Virus record (IMG/VR): IMGVR_UViG_3300048598_000511
Coordinates: 1 to 51,212 of that record
From: a virus
Lineage: Duplodnaviria > Caudoviricetes
Strand: one strand, 5' to 3'
Length of the DNA stretch: 51,212 nucleotides
Part shown: positions 16,791 through 25,130 of the stretch, piece after piece
How positions within the stretch are numbered: position 1 is the stretch's first letter
Layout: the number at the start of each line of letters is the position of its first letter
The notes under the pieces: model-generated
Told to the model about the DNA's origin: nothing
Database searches by the model: none
The model's input: only the letters and a program-made list of their open reading frames with translations
Position numbers and translations under genes: made by a program

Positions 16791-17188
16791 CCACATCCGA
16801 GACCCACGACTACCTCGCCGAAGCCCGAGCCCTGTACGAGCAGGCCGTCGAGGACAAGCGCGCCGAGATTGCCAGCAGCTCCAACCACTGGGCAGCGCGG
16901 GTCGGACGCGGCGAGTTGGCCAGCCTGCTGCTGAAGCTGGACGCCATCGACGAATATCGGCGGAATCGCGACGAGCAGCAGGCCGACGACAAGCGCGTGC
17001 AGGCGATGTCGCTGGCGGCGAAGGCCCGGACCGCTGCGCAGGAGTCCATCGCCGAGTCGCTGCGTGCCATCGCCGTCGCACTCACCCCCCCACCCCTGAA
17101 CCTGCCATCGCTGGGATACGCGGAGTGGTACGCGCAGAACGGCATGATCCCTGCGGTCCGCGAACTGCCGGACGGCGGCCAGCGATGA
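16787..17188 (+). CDS. Hypothetical protein
   Basis: SD GAAGGAG, helical. Confidence 0.6.
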   Translation: MTTSETHDYLAEARALYEQAVEDKRAEIASSSNHWAARVGRGELASLLLKLDAIDEYRRNRDEQQADDKRVQAMSLAAKARTAAQESIAESLRAIAVALTPPPLNLPSLGYAEWYAQNGMIPAVRELPDGGQR

Positions 17189-17604
17189 CACTCGACCTTG
17201 ACAGCCCTCCCCGGCACCTCGAACGCTACGCACCGCCGTGGGCACGCGACCGGCGGACCATCTGCGGGCGGCCCCTCGGCGACGTCGCTGTGTGGGTGAC
17301 CTTCGAGGAGGGCCGCGCCATCATCGCCAAGCACGGCCAGCAGAGGGCCCGGCTCCTGCTGTGCCAGACGTGCATCGGCAATCAGGCCCGGATCCAGTCC
17401 CCGAGCATCTGGGACACCAACCCGGTGCAGGTCGTCAACGACTACACGTCCCACAACTGGCCGAACTCGCTCGCGTTCGCACAGACCCGCGCCGAACTGC
17501 TGGCGATCGCCAAGCTCGTCGCCGCCCACGAGGCCGAGTTCGCCGCGACCGTCACGGCCTACCTGACCGACGAACTCACCGCACGAAGGGAGAAGCGAGC
17601 ATGA
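17185..17604 (+). CDS. Hypothetical zinc-binding protein
   Basis: H...TICG...CQTC. Confidence 0.65.
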   Translation: MTLDLDSPPRHLERYAPPWARDRRTICGRPLGDVAVWVTFEEGRAIIAKHGQQRARLLLCQTCIGNQARIQSPSIWDTNPVQVVNDYTSHNWPNSLAFAQTRAELLAIAKLVAAHEAEFAATVTAYLTDELTARREKRA

Positions 17605-18047
17605 CCATCGACCTCGACCGGCTGGAGGAGCTGGCGAAGAGCGCGACGCCGGGGCCGTGGGTTGCGGAAGTGGACGACTGGAACTGCTCGGTCATCCTCG
17701 ATGATGACCAGCCTGGGACGGCCTACATCGCAGAGCGCCTGACTCAGGGAAAGTCCGAGGGTGAGGCTGACGCCGAGTTCATCGCCGCCCTCGACCCGAC
17801 CACCATCCTCGCTCTGATCACCGAGGTGCGACGGCTGCGTGAGACGGTCGGCCTGCTGCACGGCTGGGAGGACCGGGCGAAAAAGGCTGAGGCCGAGCGG
17901 GACGGGTGGGCCTCGCGGATGGTCGAGTTCGTGGATGCCCAGCGAGCGCTCGCCCGTGTCGCAGCACTGGCCGACTCGGTCGAGAACCGGATGATGGCGA
18001 CCGCGAAGCCGAGCGAGATCCGGGCCGCGCTGGCGGGTGGTGAGTGA
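17601..18047 (+). CDS. ead/Ea22-like protein
   Basis: LEELAKSATPGPW...DAEFIAALDPTTILALITEVRRLR. Confidence 0.8.
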   Translation: MTIDLDRLEELAKSATPGPWVAEVDDWNCSVILDDDQPGTAYIAERLTQGKSEGEADAEFIAALDPTTILALITEVRRLRETVGLLHGWEDRAKKAEAERDGWASRMVEFVDAQRALARVAALADSVENRMMATAKPSEIRAALAGGE

Positions 18048-18688
18048 TGGCCCTCCACGGCGACATCCGGGTGAATGGCGAGGTCATCGGCCGCTGGTCA
18101 GCCCAGCGCGTCCTGACCCGCAAGTCGGGATGGCACGAGTACCGCTGGGAAGCGGTCTCGAACGGCGAGCGCGTGACCGGAGTCCTGGGCCACTGGTACG
18201 ACAACGGGGCGCTGATGCTGGCACAAGCAGTGCTCATCGCTGCACACGAAGAGCTGACCCGGAATCACACTGGTGCAACTCGGCCACAAGGCCCGCGTTG
18301 CGTCACCGCTGAGGCGCTGGCTGGCGCGGAGGGCCCACAGACCCAACCATGTCCCGCTGAGCGTGAACCCCGAGAAATGCCCTCCAGCGGCCCCACGTTG
18401 CCCGCTGACGCATCGCACCTAGTCAGAGGCACCGAAAATCGGGGGTCTGGAGAGGCCGATCTGGACCTCGCCGCGAGCATCCTCGATGATGCCCGGCACG
18501 CCCTGAGCCCCGAGCAGCCAGGCCAGCGCATCGAGCCTGCCAAGCGCGTCCTGTGGTCGGAGGATGCCTGCCGCATCGTCCGTGAGTGGGAGGACCGCAA
18601 GAGGCGGGCATCGTGGCAGCCGCCGGCGCATGTCGTGCACCACGAGGCTGAGACCTACCTGCCGCCCGAGGATCGGGAGGGGCTGTGA
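18044..18688 (+). CDS. Hypothetical protein
   Basis: Coupled ORF, may be mosaic. Confidence 0.55.
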   Translation: MMALHGDIRVNGEVIGRWSAQRVLTRKSGWHEYRWEAVSNGERVTGVLGHWYDNGALMLAQAVLIAAHEELTRNHTGATRPQGPRCVTAEALAGAEGPQTQPCPAEREPREMPSSGPTLPADASHLVRGTENRGSGEADLDLAASILDDARHALSPEQPGQRIEPAKRVLWSEDACRIVREWEDRKRRASWQPPAHVVHHEAETYLPPEDREGL

Positions 18689-19053
18689 GCGCCGACCGGG
18701 AGGACGCCATCGGGCAGGACCTCCGTGCGATGCGGAACGCGCCGAGCATCGAGGGCGTCGAGGCCATCGCTCGCGCCATGAGGGGCACTGGGCACTGGAC
18801 GCCGGAAGCTGAACGCGAGTACGCGACGCAGATCCACAAGCGCCGGGTCGTGGTCCCGCTCGGCCAGGCGCGCTCGGCCTCCACCAATGTGCGGTGCCAT
18901 CGATGCGGCGGGGAATGGTGGCGGCTGATCCGACGCCACGGCGCCGGTGATGTCGCTTCCGGCGCGGTCATCCTGCACGCCGCCGAGCATGGTGACCAGA
19001 TCGTCGGCTACTCGGGCTATTTCGAGTGTGTCGAATGCGGGGCGACGCGATGA
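18685..19053 (+). CDS. Hypothetical zinc-ribbon protein
   Basis: CHRCG...CVECG. Confidence 0.6.
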   Translation: MSADREDAIGQDLRAMRNAPSIEGVEAIARAMRGTGHWTPEAEREYATQIHKRRVVVPLGQARSASTNVRCHRCGGEWWRLIRRHGAGDVASGAVILHAAEHGDQIVGYSGYFECVECGATR

Positions 19054-19283
19054 GTTCAGACCCGATCCGCGGCTACATGTTCAAGCGTGGCGGCATGTGG
19101 CACTACGAGGTGATGTTCGGAGACACCGTCGTTGCCTACGACAACTGCAAGCTGCGCGAGAAGTTGATCGAGAGTTGCCGCGAGCGCGTGGCGGCGTTCC
19201 GGATCGTCATCGGCCTCGGCTACACGCTGGAGCCGTCCTTCGGATGGAGTTCCCTCGTTGAGCGAGCGGGGGCAGAGCTGTGA
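19050..19283 (+). CDS. Hypothetical protein
   Basis: Coupled ORF. Confidence 0.6.
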   Translation: MSSDPIRGYMFKRGGMWHYEVMFGDTVVAYDNCKLREKLIESCRERVAAFRIVIGLGYTLEPSFGWSSLVERAGAEL

Positions 19284-19798
19284 CCCACAACCCCGCCGCC
19301 CGCACCGTCGTGACCGTCGAGGACCTCAAGCCGATCCACGTCCGCGGCACCCAGATCCGCATCCCGGATCTGCACATGCCAGGCCTGGACTTCGACGCGC
19401 CGCACGTCACCGTCACCGGACGCCTGTACTCGATGCGGAGGACCCTCGGCGGCTGGCTGCTCGACGTCCGCCGCACCCATGCCGGTCCGTCGCTGCTCGA
19501 CACCCCGATACCAGGCACCCACCCGTGCTACCTGGTGCGGGAGGATCCGCCGCCAGCACCTGAGCCCGAGGCTATCCCGTTCGACTGGGAGGAAATCGTG
19601 ACCCGCCCGAACCCCGCCGCCCGTGTTCGTGCCGCCAAGCAGGCCCGCGAAGTCCGCCAGTGGCAGGAGGTGTCCGCCCGCGTCTCGACCTCCATCCACT
19701 GCGACAACCACCCTGACCGCACCGCAGTCCGCTACCACCCCGCCACCGGGGAGCGGTTCTGCGCCGAGTGCGAAGCAAGCCGAGAGGAGCAGCCGTGA
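19280..19798 (+). CDS. Hypothetical protein with C-terminal B-box-like motif
   Basis: CDNHPDR...FCAEC. Confidence 0.6.
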   Translation: MTHNPAARTVVTVEDLKPIHVRGTQIRIPDLHMPGLDFDAPHVTVTGRLYSMRRTLGGWLLDVRRTHAGPSLLDTPIPGTHPCYLVREDPPPAPEPEAIPFDWEEIVTRPNPAARVRAAKQAREVRQWQEVSARVSTSIHCDNHPDRTAVRYHPATGERFCAECEASREEQP

Positions 19799-20652
19799 AT
19801 CCGATTCTGACCGTGCTCGCGGGCAGCCATGCCCACGGCATCAACACTGCGACGAGCGACTACGACTACCTGTCCGTCGCCGTGGCCCCGCTGGAGGTGA
19901 CGCTCGGCATCGCCCCGCCGCTCAAAACGACCCAGACCCGCACCGCACCGCAAGGTGTCCGGTCGTCGGCCGGTGATGTGGAGACGACCACCTACGAACT
20001 CCGGCACTTCATGCAGCTCGCGACCCAGGGCAACCCGAACATCCTCGTCCCGCTGTTCGCCAACCCCGAGCACGTCATCCATGCGACGCCGCTGGGTATG
20101 TCACTGCGCGCGCTGGCGCCGTCCATCGTGAGCATGCACGCGGTGCGCCGTCACCTCGGCTACCTCGACGCTCAGCGCGGCCGCATCACAGGCAACGGCC
20201 CACACCAGGCGCGCAAGCCGAACCGGCCCGAACTGGTGGAGGCGTACGGCTACGACACGAAGTACGCCGCCCACGCACTGAGGCTGGCGTGGCAGGGCAT
20301 CGAACTGGCGCAGTTCGGTCGGCTGAACCTGCCCATGCCGACCTTCGAGTGCCGGGTGCTGCGCGGCATCCGGGCGGGCGAATGGACTGAGTCGCGAGTG
20401 CTGGAGGAGATCGACGCGACACGGGCTGAGCTGGTCGCCTTCCTCGAAGGCAAGCGCCCGGTCGCCCTCCACCCCGAACCCGACTGGCCGGCCATCAACC
20501 GCTGGCTCATCAAGGCGCAGAAGGAGCAGCCGCGAAGACCCGCACCACCATCCTCAGCACCGAGGTGGACGACTTCGACGCCGCCATCGGCTTCCTGGTC
20601 GAGCACAAGCCCGAACTTGGCCCAACCCCGTACATGGAGGTGCTGCCCATGA
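19795..20652 (+). CDS. Pol-beta superfamily nucleotidyltransferase (Nuc-transf/RlaP-like)
   Basis: GSHAHG...SDYD, GNPNIL, YDTKYAAHALRL; ancestral stop probably at 20533-20535. Confidence 0.85.
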   Translation: MNPILTVLAGSHAHGINTATSDYDYLSVAVAPLEVTLGIAPPLKTTQTRTAPQGVRSSAGDVETTTYELRHFMQLATQGNPNILVPLFANPEHVIHATPLGMSLRALAPSIVSMHAVRRHLGYLDAQRGRITGNGPHQARKPNRPELVEAYGYDTKYAAHALRLAWQGIELAQFGRLNLPMPTFECRVLRGIRAGEWTESRVLEEIDATRAELVAFLEGKRPVALHPEPDWPAINRWLIKAQKEQPRRPAPPSSAPRWTTSTPPSASWSSTSPNLAQPRTWRCCP

Positions 20653-20727
20653 CCATCGCACCCGACACCGAACCACGCCAGGGACGTGCTCAAGGTCACC
20701 CTGCGAATCACCGAGGAGGTCGCGTGA
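20532..20727 (+). pseudogene. Probable decayed small gene (lost start, frameshift)
   Basis: AAGGAGCAGCCGCGA versus GAGGAGCAGCCGTGA at the upstream junction; plausible C-terminus lies in another frame and ends at a GTGA overlap. Confidence 0.4.
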
Positions 20728-20966
20728 AGACCCGCGTCGAGAAGCTGGCTGGACTGTGGCTGGCTTCCTGCCCGTCCTGCCCATGGACCTACCACAGCAG
20801 GGACCTGCCCAGGGCGCATGACGAGGCCACATTCCACACGTGCCAGGTCAGGCTCGGGCCCCGTCCGCTGGCCACGAGCATCAGCATCGCCGCAACCGAG
20901 GGCAGCACGGTGGTCTGGGCCGAGCAGCCAGCCACCAATGGACACAGGATGGAGGTCTGGCTGTGA
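20724..20966 (+). CDS. Small zinc-finger protein
   Basis: SD GAGGAGG, CPSC...H.C. Confidence 0.6.
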   Translation: MKTRVEKLAGLWLASCPSCPWTYHSRDLPRAHDEATFHTCQVRLGPRPLATSISIAATEGSTVVWAEQPATNGHRMEVWL

Positions 20967-21808
20967 GCAAGCACCACCGCGTCGGCCAGTATCGCGAGTG
21001 CGTCGGAGGCCGCTGGGCCGGTGACGGCGACACGTTCCCGTGCGTGTGGCGCTATCGGCACATGCCTGCCTGCGAAGACCTGCGCGAGCAGGCCCGCACG
21101 ATCATCGGACGGGACGCGAACGCCGAGCTCGAGGACGACCTTCGCGCGGCCCATGACTGCCCGGGGTGCCTGCCGCGCGAGGCCACCGAGGGATGGCTGT
21201 GCGAGACGTGCGACCGCTACCTGCGACAGTGGTTGGGTGGTGGCGAGAACTCGCTCAGCGGCGCTCGCTCGTGGCTGCTCTCGAATGTCGGCCCGCTGCG
21301 CTCGACGGCCATCCGCGACGACTGGCAGCAGCGGTCCGACAAGGATGCCCTCCCGTCCGCCGTGGGTGAGCGCGGCTTCGACCTGCTCGACTGCGTGAAG
21401 GTGCTGGAGGACCGGGTCTACGTGGCCGAGGAGCGTCTACGGGTGGCGCTCGGGAACCGCGACCTTGCCGACGTCGGGCCATGGGACTTCGACCGTTCGA
21501 TGGCCCTGCTTCGCCGGCACGTGCTCAAGATGGAGGACGACCCCCTGCTGGTCGGCGAGGTCTTCCGCAAGTTCCAGGACTCGATGATCGATGCCCATGC
21601 CCGTGCGCCGTGGCGGAAGATGGCGACGAAGATCCGCGGTTCAGACGGTCCGATCGCGTGCCCACACTGCGAGCGCAAGACCCTGATGCAGTACAGCGGA
21701 GACGACTTCGTTACGTGCACCACCTGCCACTGCGTGGTGAGCGACAAGCGGTTCGGGGTGTGGACGGAGATGCTGGAGGACGAGAATCGCAAGGCTGCAG
21801 AGGGCTGA
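20963..21808 (+). CDS. Zinc-finger protein, putative late-gene regulator
   Basis: LCETC, CPHC, CTTC; last large early gene before the late promoter. Confidence 0.6.
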   Translation: MSKHHRVGQYRECVGGRWAGDGDTFPCVWRYRHMPACEDLREQARTIIGRDANAELEDDLRAAHDCPGCLPREATEGWLCETCDRYLRQWLGGGENSLSGARSWLLSNVGPLRSTAIRDDWQQRSDKDALPSAVGERGFDLLDCVKVLEDRVYVAEERLRVALGNRDLADVGPWDFDRSMALLRRHVLKMEDDPLLVGEVFRKFQDSMIDAHARAPWRKMATKIRGSDGPIACPHCERKTLMQYSGDDFVTCTTCHCVVSDKRFGVWTEMLEDENRKAAEG

Positions 21809-21830
21809 CCGAACGGGCGTTCGATAGACT
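21809..21830 (+). promoter_or_regulatory. LexA (SOS) box abutting a -10 element
   Basis: CCGAAC-GGGC-GTTCGA at 21809-21824, then TAGACT, ATG after 7 nt (leaderless). Confidence 0.7.
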
Positions 21831-21837
21831 TCCTGCC

Positions 21838-22065
21838 ATGGACTCCATCCCCGGCGTGCTGACCACGGACGAGGTAGCCGACCTGCTCCGGGTGAGCACG
21901 TCGAGGGTGCGGCAGTTGGCCATGTCGGGCAGCCTGCCGCCGCTCGTGCGAGGGATGCGGCCGCTCCGGTTCCGAGAGGCTGAGGTCATCGAGTACGAGT
22001 TGGCCAACCGCAGGGACCGAGAGCGGATTGCGCGACTCGCCGAGGCATGGAGACTTGCATCCTGA
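21838..22065 (+). CDS. MerR/excisionase-type HTH protein
   Basis: LTTDEVADLLRVSTSRVRQLAMSGSL. Confidence 0.8.
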   Translation: MDSIPGVLTTDEVADLLRVSTSRVRQLAMSGSLPPLVRGMRPLRFREAEVIEYELANRRDRERIARLAEAWRLAS

Positions 22066-22083
22066 GCCTCGGCTAACGATAAT
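22055..22083 (+). promoter_or_regulatory. Putative late promoter
   Basis: TTGCAT-N17-GATAAT upstream of the packaging operon. Confidence 0.6.
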
Positions 22084-22099
22084 GAACGCGGAAACAAGT

Positions 22100-22430
22100 A
22101 CGCCCTGAGCCTGATGGCCAGGGCGTTTCGCATGCCGGGTGGTGGAGGCCGCTGGTTGGTACAAGGGCATGTCCCAATGGGCGCGACCAGGGCGGTGGAA
22201 TGGTCAGGGATCACGGAGGCATCCGCCCGTAGACCGCCGCCGACCTGCGGCTTAAGAACGAGGCGTCGCCACACGCCTACTCCACCACCCCCACAGTCTC
22301 GTCCCGGCGACCTCTCTCCGCCGGGACGTGCCTACCTCCTCTCGCCCGCCGGCCACCGCGCCACCACACCACTCACGAGCCACGGGCGCTCGACATCCTG
22401 AGACAGGGCGGGCAAGCCCGGGCGAGAGGA
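22100..22430 (+). ncRNA. Highly structured late leader / candidate ncRNA
   Basis: Stems at 22100-07/22119-26, 22137-47/22280-90, 22300-09/22319-28 and 22337-48/22419-30, plus internal hairpins. Confidence 0.45.
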
Positions 22431-22438
22431 CGGGCACA

Positions 22439-22789
22439 ATGGGCAAGCGGGTCTGCCCGACTCATGGCTGCCCCAACCTCACCGAGGGTGGACGGTGCGA
22501 CGACTGCCGGGCTAAGGCAGACAGACAGCGTGGCACATCCACCCAGCGCGGCTACGACCGCGACCACCGACTGAGGTTCCGCGAAGGAGTCCTCGCCAAG
22601 CACCCCATCTGCGTACTGTGCCGCAGCCGCAGGGCCACCGTCGCCGACCACTGGCCACTCAGCCGGCGCGAACTCGTAGACGCAGGGCTCGACCCATCCG
22701 ACCCGCAGCACGGACGCGGACTGTGCAAGCCATGCCACGACCGCGAGACCGCGCGCCACCAGCCAGGCGGATGGCACCAGACCCTCTGA
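22439..22789 (+). CDS. Packaging-associated HNH endonuclease
   Basis: CP..GC, RGY, CVLC, ATVADH, LCKPCH; precedes terminase. Confidence 0.85.
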   Translation: MGKRVCPTHGCPNLTEGGRCDDCRAKADRQRGTSTQRGYDRDHRLRFREGVLAKHPICVLCRSRRATVADHWPLSRRELVDAGLDPSDPQHGRGLCKPCHDRETARHQPGGWHQTL

Positions 22790-22828
22790 AGGGGTGGGGG
22801 TGACCCCCTAAACCCCCTAGTCAGAAGA

Positions 22829-22838
22829 CCGCCGGTGA
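22829..22838 (+). other. Possible cos site
   Basis: CCGCCGGTGA between HNH and terS; position typical for 3'-cos phages; exact site unverified. Confidence 0.3.
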
Positions 22839-22937
22839 CGGGCGAAAAGGGTGCGGGGGGTTCAAAGTTCCCAGCCGGGTGGGCGCAAGGCCTTCCGGCG
22901 CTTCGGTCTGGCGCAACGCCAGCGGGGGTGATTCCAG

Positions 22938-23483
22938 ATGACCAGTGGTGGTGCACGCAACCGTTCCGGACCTCCGAAGGATCCGAACTCGGCGACGTCG
23001 GACCGCATCGACTTCAAGCTGACCTCGCTGCCGTCTGCGCCGCGCACGGGGCCGGTCCCGGAATGGCCGTTGATGGTTCGCAGGGTGTACCGGTGGGAGG
23101 TTGAGGACAAGCGCCGCTTCCAGGTGCTCGACGAGGACTCCACGGAGGAGATCCGCGATCGCGAAGCTGCCCTCTGGGAGTGGGTGTGGCGTACCCCGCA
23201 GGCCTACGCGTGGTCGCTCCCGTCGGAGTCGTGGCGACTGCTGACGGTGGCGATGTGGGTGCGGACGTTCGTCATCTGCGAATCTTCCGAGGCGACTGCG
23301 GCCGACAAGAACTCGCTCCACCGATTCGCCGACCAGATCGGAATGACGACCGCCGGTCTGGCTGAGATGGGCTGGGCGGTCGCGAAGGACGAACTCAGCG
23401 CGAAGAGGGCCGAGGTGCAGGAGTCCACCGAGCCGGCCCGGCAGTCGTCGCGAAACCGCATGAAGGTCGTCGGTGCCGAGTGA
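22938..23483 (+). CDS. terS: Terminase small subunit
   Basis: MTSGGARNRSGP, W.TPQA.AW, IGMT.AGL; upstream of terL. Confidence 0.8.
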   Translation: MTSGGARNRSGPPKDPNSATSDRIDFKLTSLPSAPRTGPVPEWPLMVRRVYRWEVEDKRRFQVLDEDSTEEIRDREAALWEWVWRTPQAYAWSLPSESWRLLTVAMWVRTFVICESSEATAADKNSLHRFADQIGMTTAGLAEMGWAVAKDELSAKRAEVQESTEPARQSSRNRMKVVGAE

Positions 23484-25119
23484 CGAACTCGCCCTCGACT
23501 TCGACCCGCTGCACAGTCTCGGCTTCCTGGTCACCGACTGGGTAGAGGCCCACTGCCGGGTTCCGGGCGGCGTCTACGAGGGTGAGCCGCTGGTCTTCAA
23601 CGGTTGGCAGCTCTACTGCACGGCGAATCACTACCGCATCGTTCCCGGCGCCGTCCTCGACCCGCGCCGGCTGCTGGCCCCGTTCCATTACCGCCGCTCG
23701 GTGGTGGTGGGTCCGCAGAAGTCAGGCAAGTCGCCGTGGGGCGCGGGGATGCTGCTGGCGGAGGGTGTCGGTCCGTCGTTGTTCGCCGGCTGGGCGCGCG
23801 GCGGCGAGGTGTACCGCTGCTCCGATCATGGCTGCGGGTGTAGCTGGGAGTACCGGTACGAGCCAGGCGAGGCGATGGGTGTCCCGCGGCGCAAGTCGCT
23901 GCTTGGGCTGTTGGCGTTCGCGGAGTCGCAGACGCAGAACGTGTACGAGCCGCTGCAGACCATGATCCACAACGGCCCGCTCGCGAGCTTCGTGCACGTC
24001 CGCGAGGGCTTCATCCGGCTCCCGAACCGGGGCATGATCGTGCCCTTGTCGCGCGCGGCCCGGACGAAGCTCGGCAAGCCGCTGACGGGGGCGTTGGCCG
24101 ACGAGTCGGGTCTGTACACGCTGCAGAACGGCGTCCTCGGCACGTGGCAGACGATGCGCCGGGGTGTGGCTGCGATGCAGGGACGCACGATCGAGCTGAC
24201 GAACCCGTGGGACCCGATGGAGAACTCGGCGGCCCAGCAGGCTTTCGAGTCCCGCTCGAAGGACATCTTCCGGTACTACCGCAAGCCACCGACGAACCTG
24301 TCGTACGGCAACAAGCGGGAGCGGCACAAGATCCACGCCCACGTCTACGCCGACAGTCCGTGGGTGGACCCGTCGGGCATCGATGCCGAGGCTGCCGAAC
24401 TCGTCGAGACCGACCCGACGCAGGCCGAGCGCTTCTTCGGCAACCGGCTGGTCCAGGGGCTCGGGGCATACCTGACTGAGGCGCTGGTCGAGTCCGCGAC
24501 CATCCGCACTCACGTCGACGTCCCGGACGGTGCGGCAGTCTCGGGCGGCTTCGATGGCTCCCGATCGGGCGACTGGACGGCGCTGCGGCTGGAGACGGTG
24601 GAGGGTCACCGGTTCACCCCGACGTACGGGCCGGACCAGCGTCCGGCGGTGTGGCGTCCGGAGGAGTGGCCCGAGGGTCGGATCCCTCGCGGCGAGGTCA
24701 ACGCATGCATGGACGAGGTCAACCGGCGCTACAAGGTGGGCCGGATCTACGTGGACCCGCGCCACTTCGAGACCCAGGCAGACGCGTGGGCCTCCGAGCA
24801 CGGAGAAGACCGCATCATCCAGTGGCCGACGAACTCGATCACGCGGATGTACCCGGCGCTCGTCCGTTACCGCGAAGACCTCGCCGAGGGTCTGACCACG
24901 GCCGAGCCTGACCCGGTGTTCGAGCGGAACGCGCTCGCCGCCCGCAAGGTCGCCAAACCCGGCGACAAGTTCATCCTCGGGAAGCCTTCCGAGAACCAGA
25001 AGATCGACGTCCTGATGGCCGACGTGCTCGCCCACGAGGCCGCGTGCGATGCGCGCGCGGCCGGCTGGGAGAAGCCGAAGCCGAACTTCATCTGGACCGG
25101 ATCATCGACGCGACGCTGA
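23473..25119 (+). CDS. terL: Terminase large subunit
   Basis: Walker A GPQKSGKS, Walker B ALADE, LTN, nuclease GFDGS...KID. Confidence 0.92.
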   Translation: MPSDELALDFDPLHSLGFLVTDWVEAHCRVPGGVYEGEPLVFNGWQLYCTANHYRIVPGAVLDPRRLLAPFHYRRSVVVGPQKSGKSPWGAGMLLAEGVGPSLFAGWARGGEVYRCSDHGCGCSWEYRYEPGEAMGVPRRKSLLGLLAFAESQTQNVYEPLQTMIHNGPLASFVHVREGFIRLPNRGMIVPLSRAARTKLGKPLTGALADESGLYTLQNGVLGTWQTMRRGVAAMQGRTIELTNPWDPMENSAAQQAFESRSKDIFRYYRKPPTNLSYGNKRERHKIHAHVYADSPWVDPSGIDAEAAELVETDPTQAERFFGNRLVQGLGAYLTEALVESATIRTHVDVPDGAAVSGGFDGSRSGDWTALRLETVEGHRFTPTYGPDQRPAVWRPEEWPEGRIPRGEVNACMDEVNRRYKVGRIYVDPRHFETQADAWASEHGEDRIIQWPTNSITRMYPALVRYREDLAEGLTTAEPDPVFERNALAARKVAKPGDKFILGKPSENQKIDVLMADVLAHEAACDARAAGWEKPKPNFIWTGSSTRR

Positions 25120-25130
25120 GGGGGTGGCGA

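Noticed and set aside
22196-22232. SRP (4.5S)-like RNA (GGTCAGG...AGGCA)
   Set aside because: Lacks the GNRA tetraloop and AGCAG symmetric loop geometry
23722-25035. Long antisense and alternative-frame ORFs (also 28213-29697, 38755-40119, 44055-45815)
   Set aside because: Shadow ORFs of high-GC coding strands opposite well-supported genes
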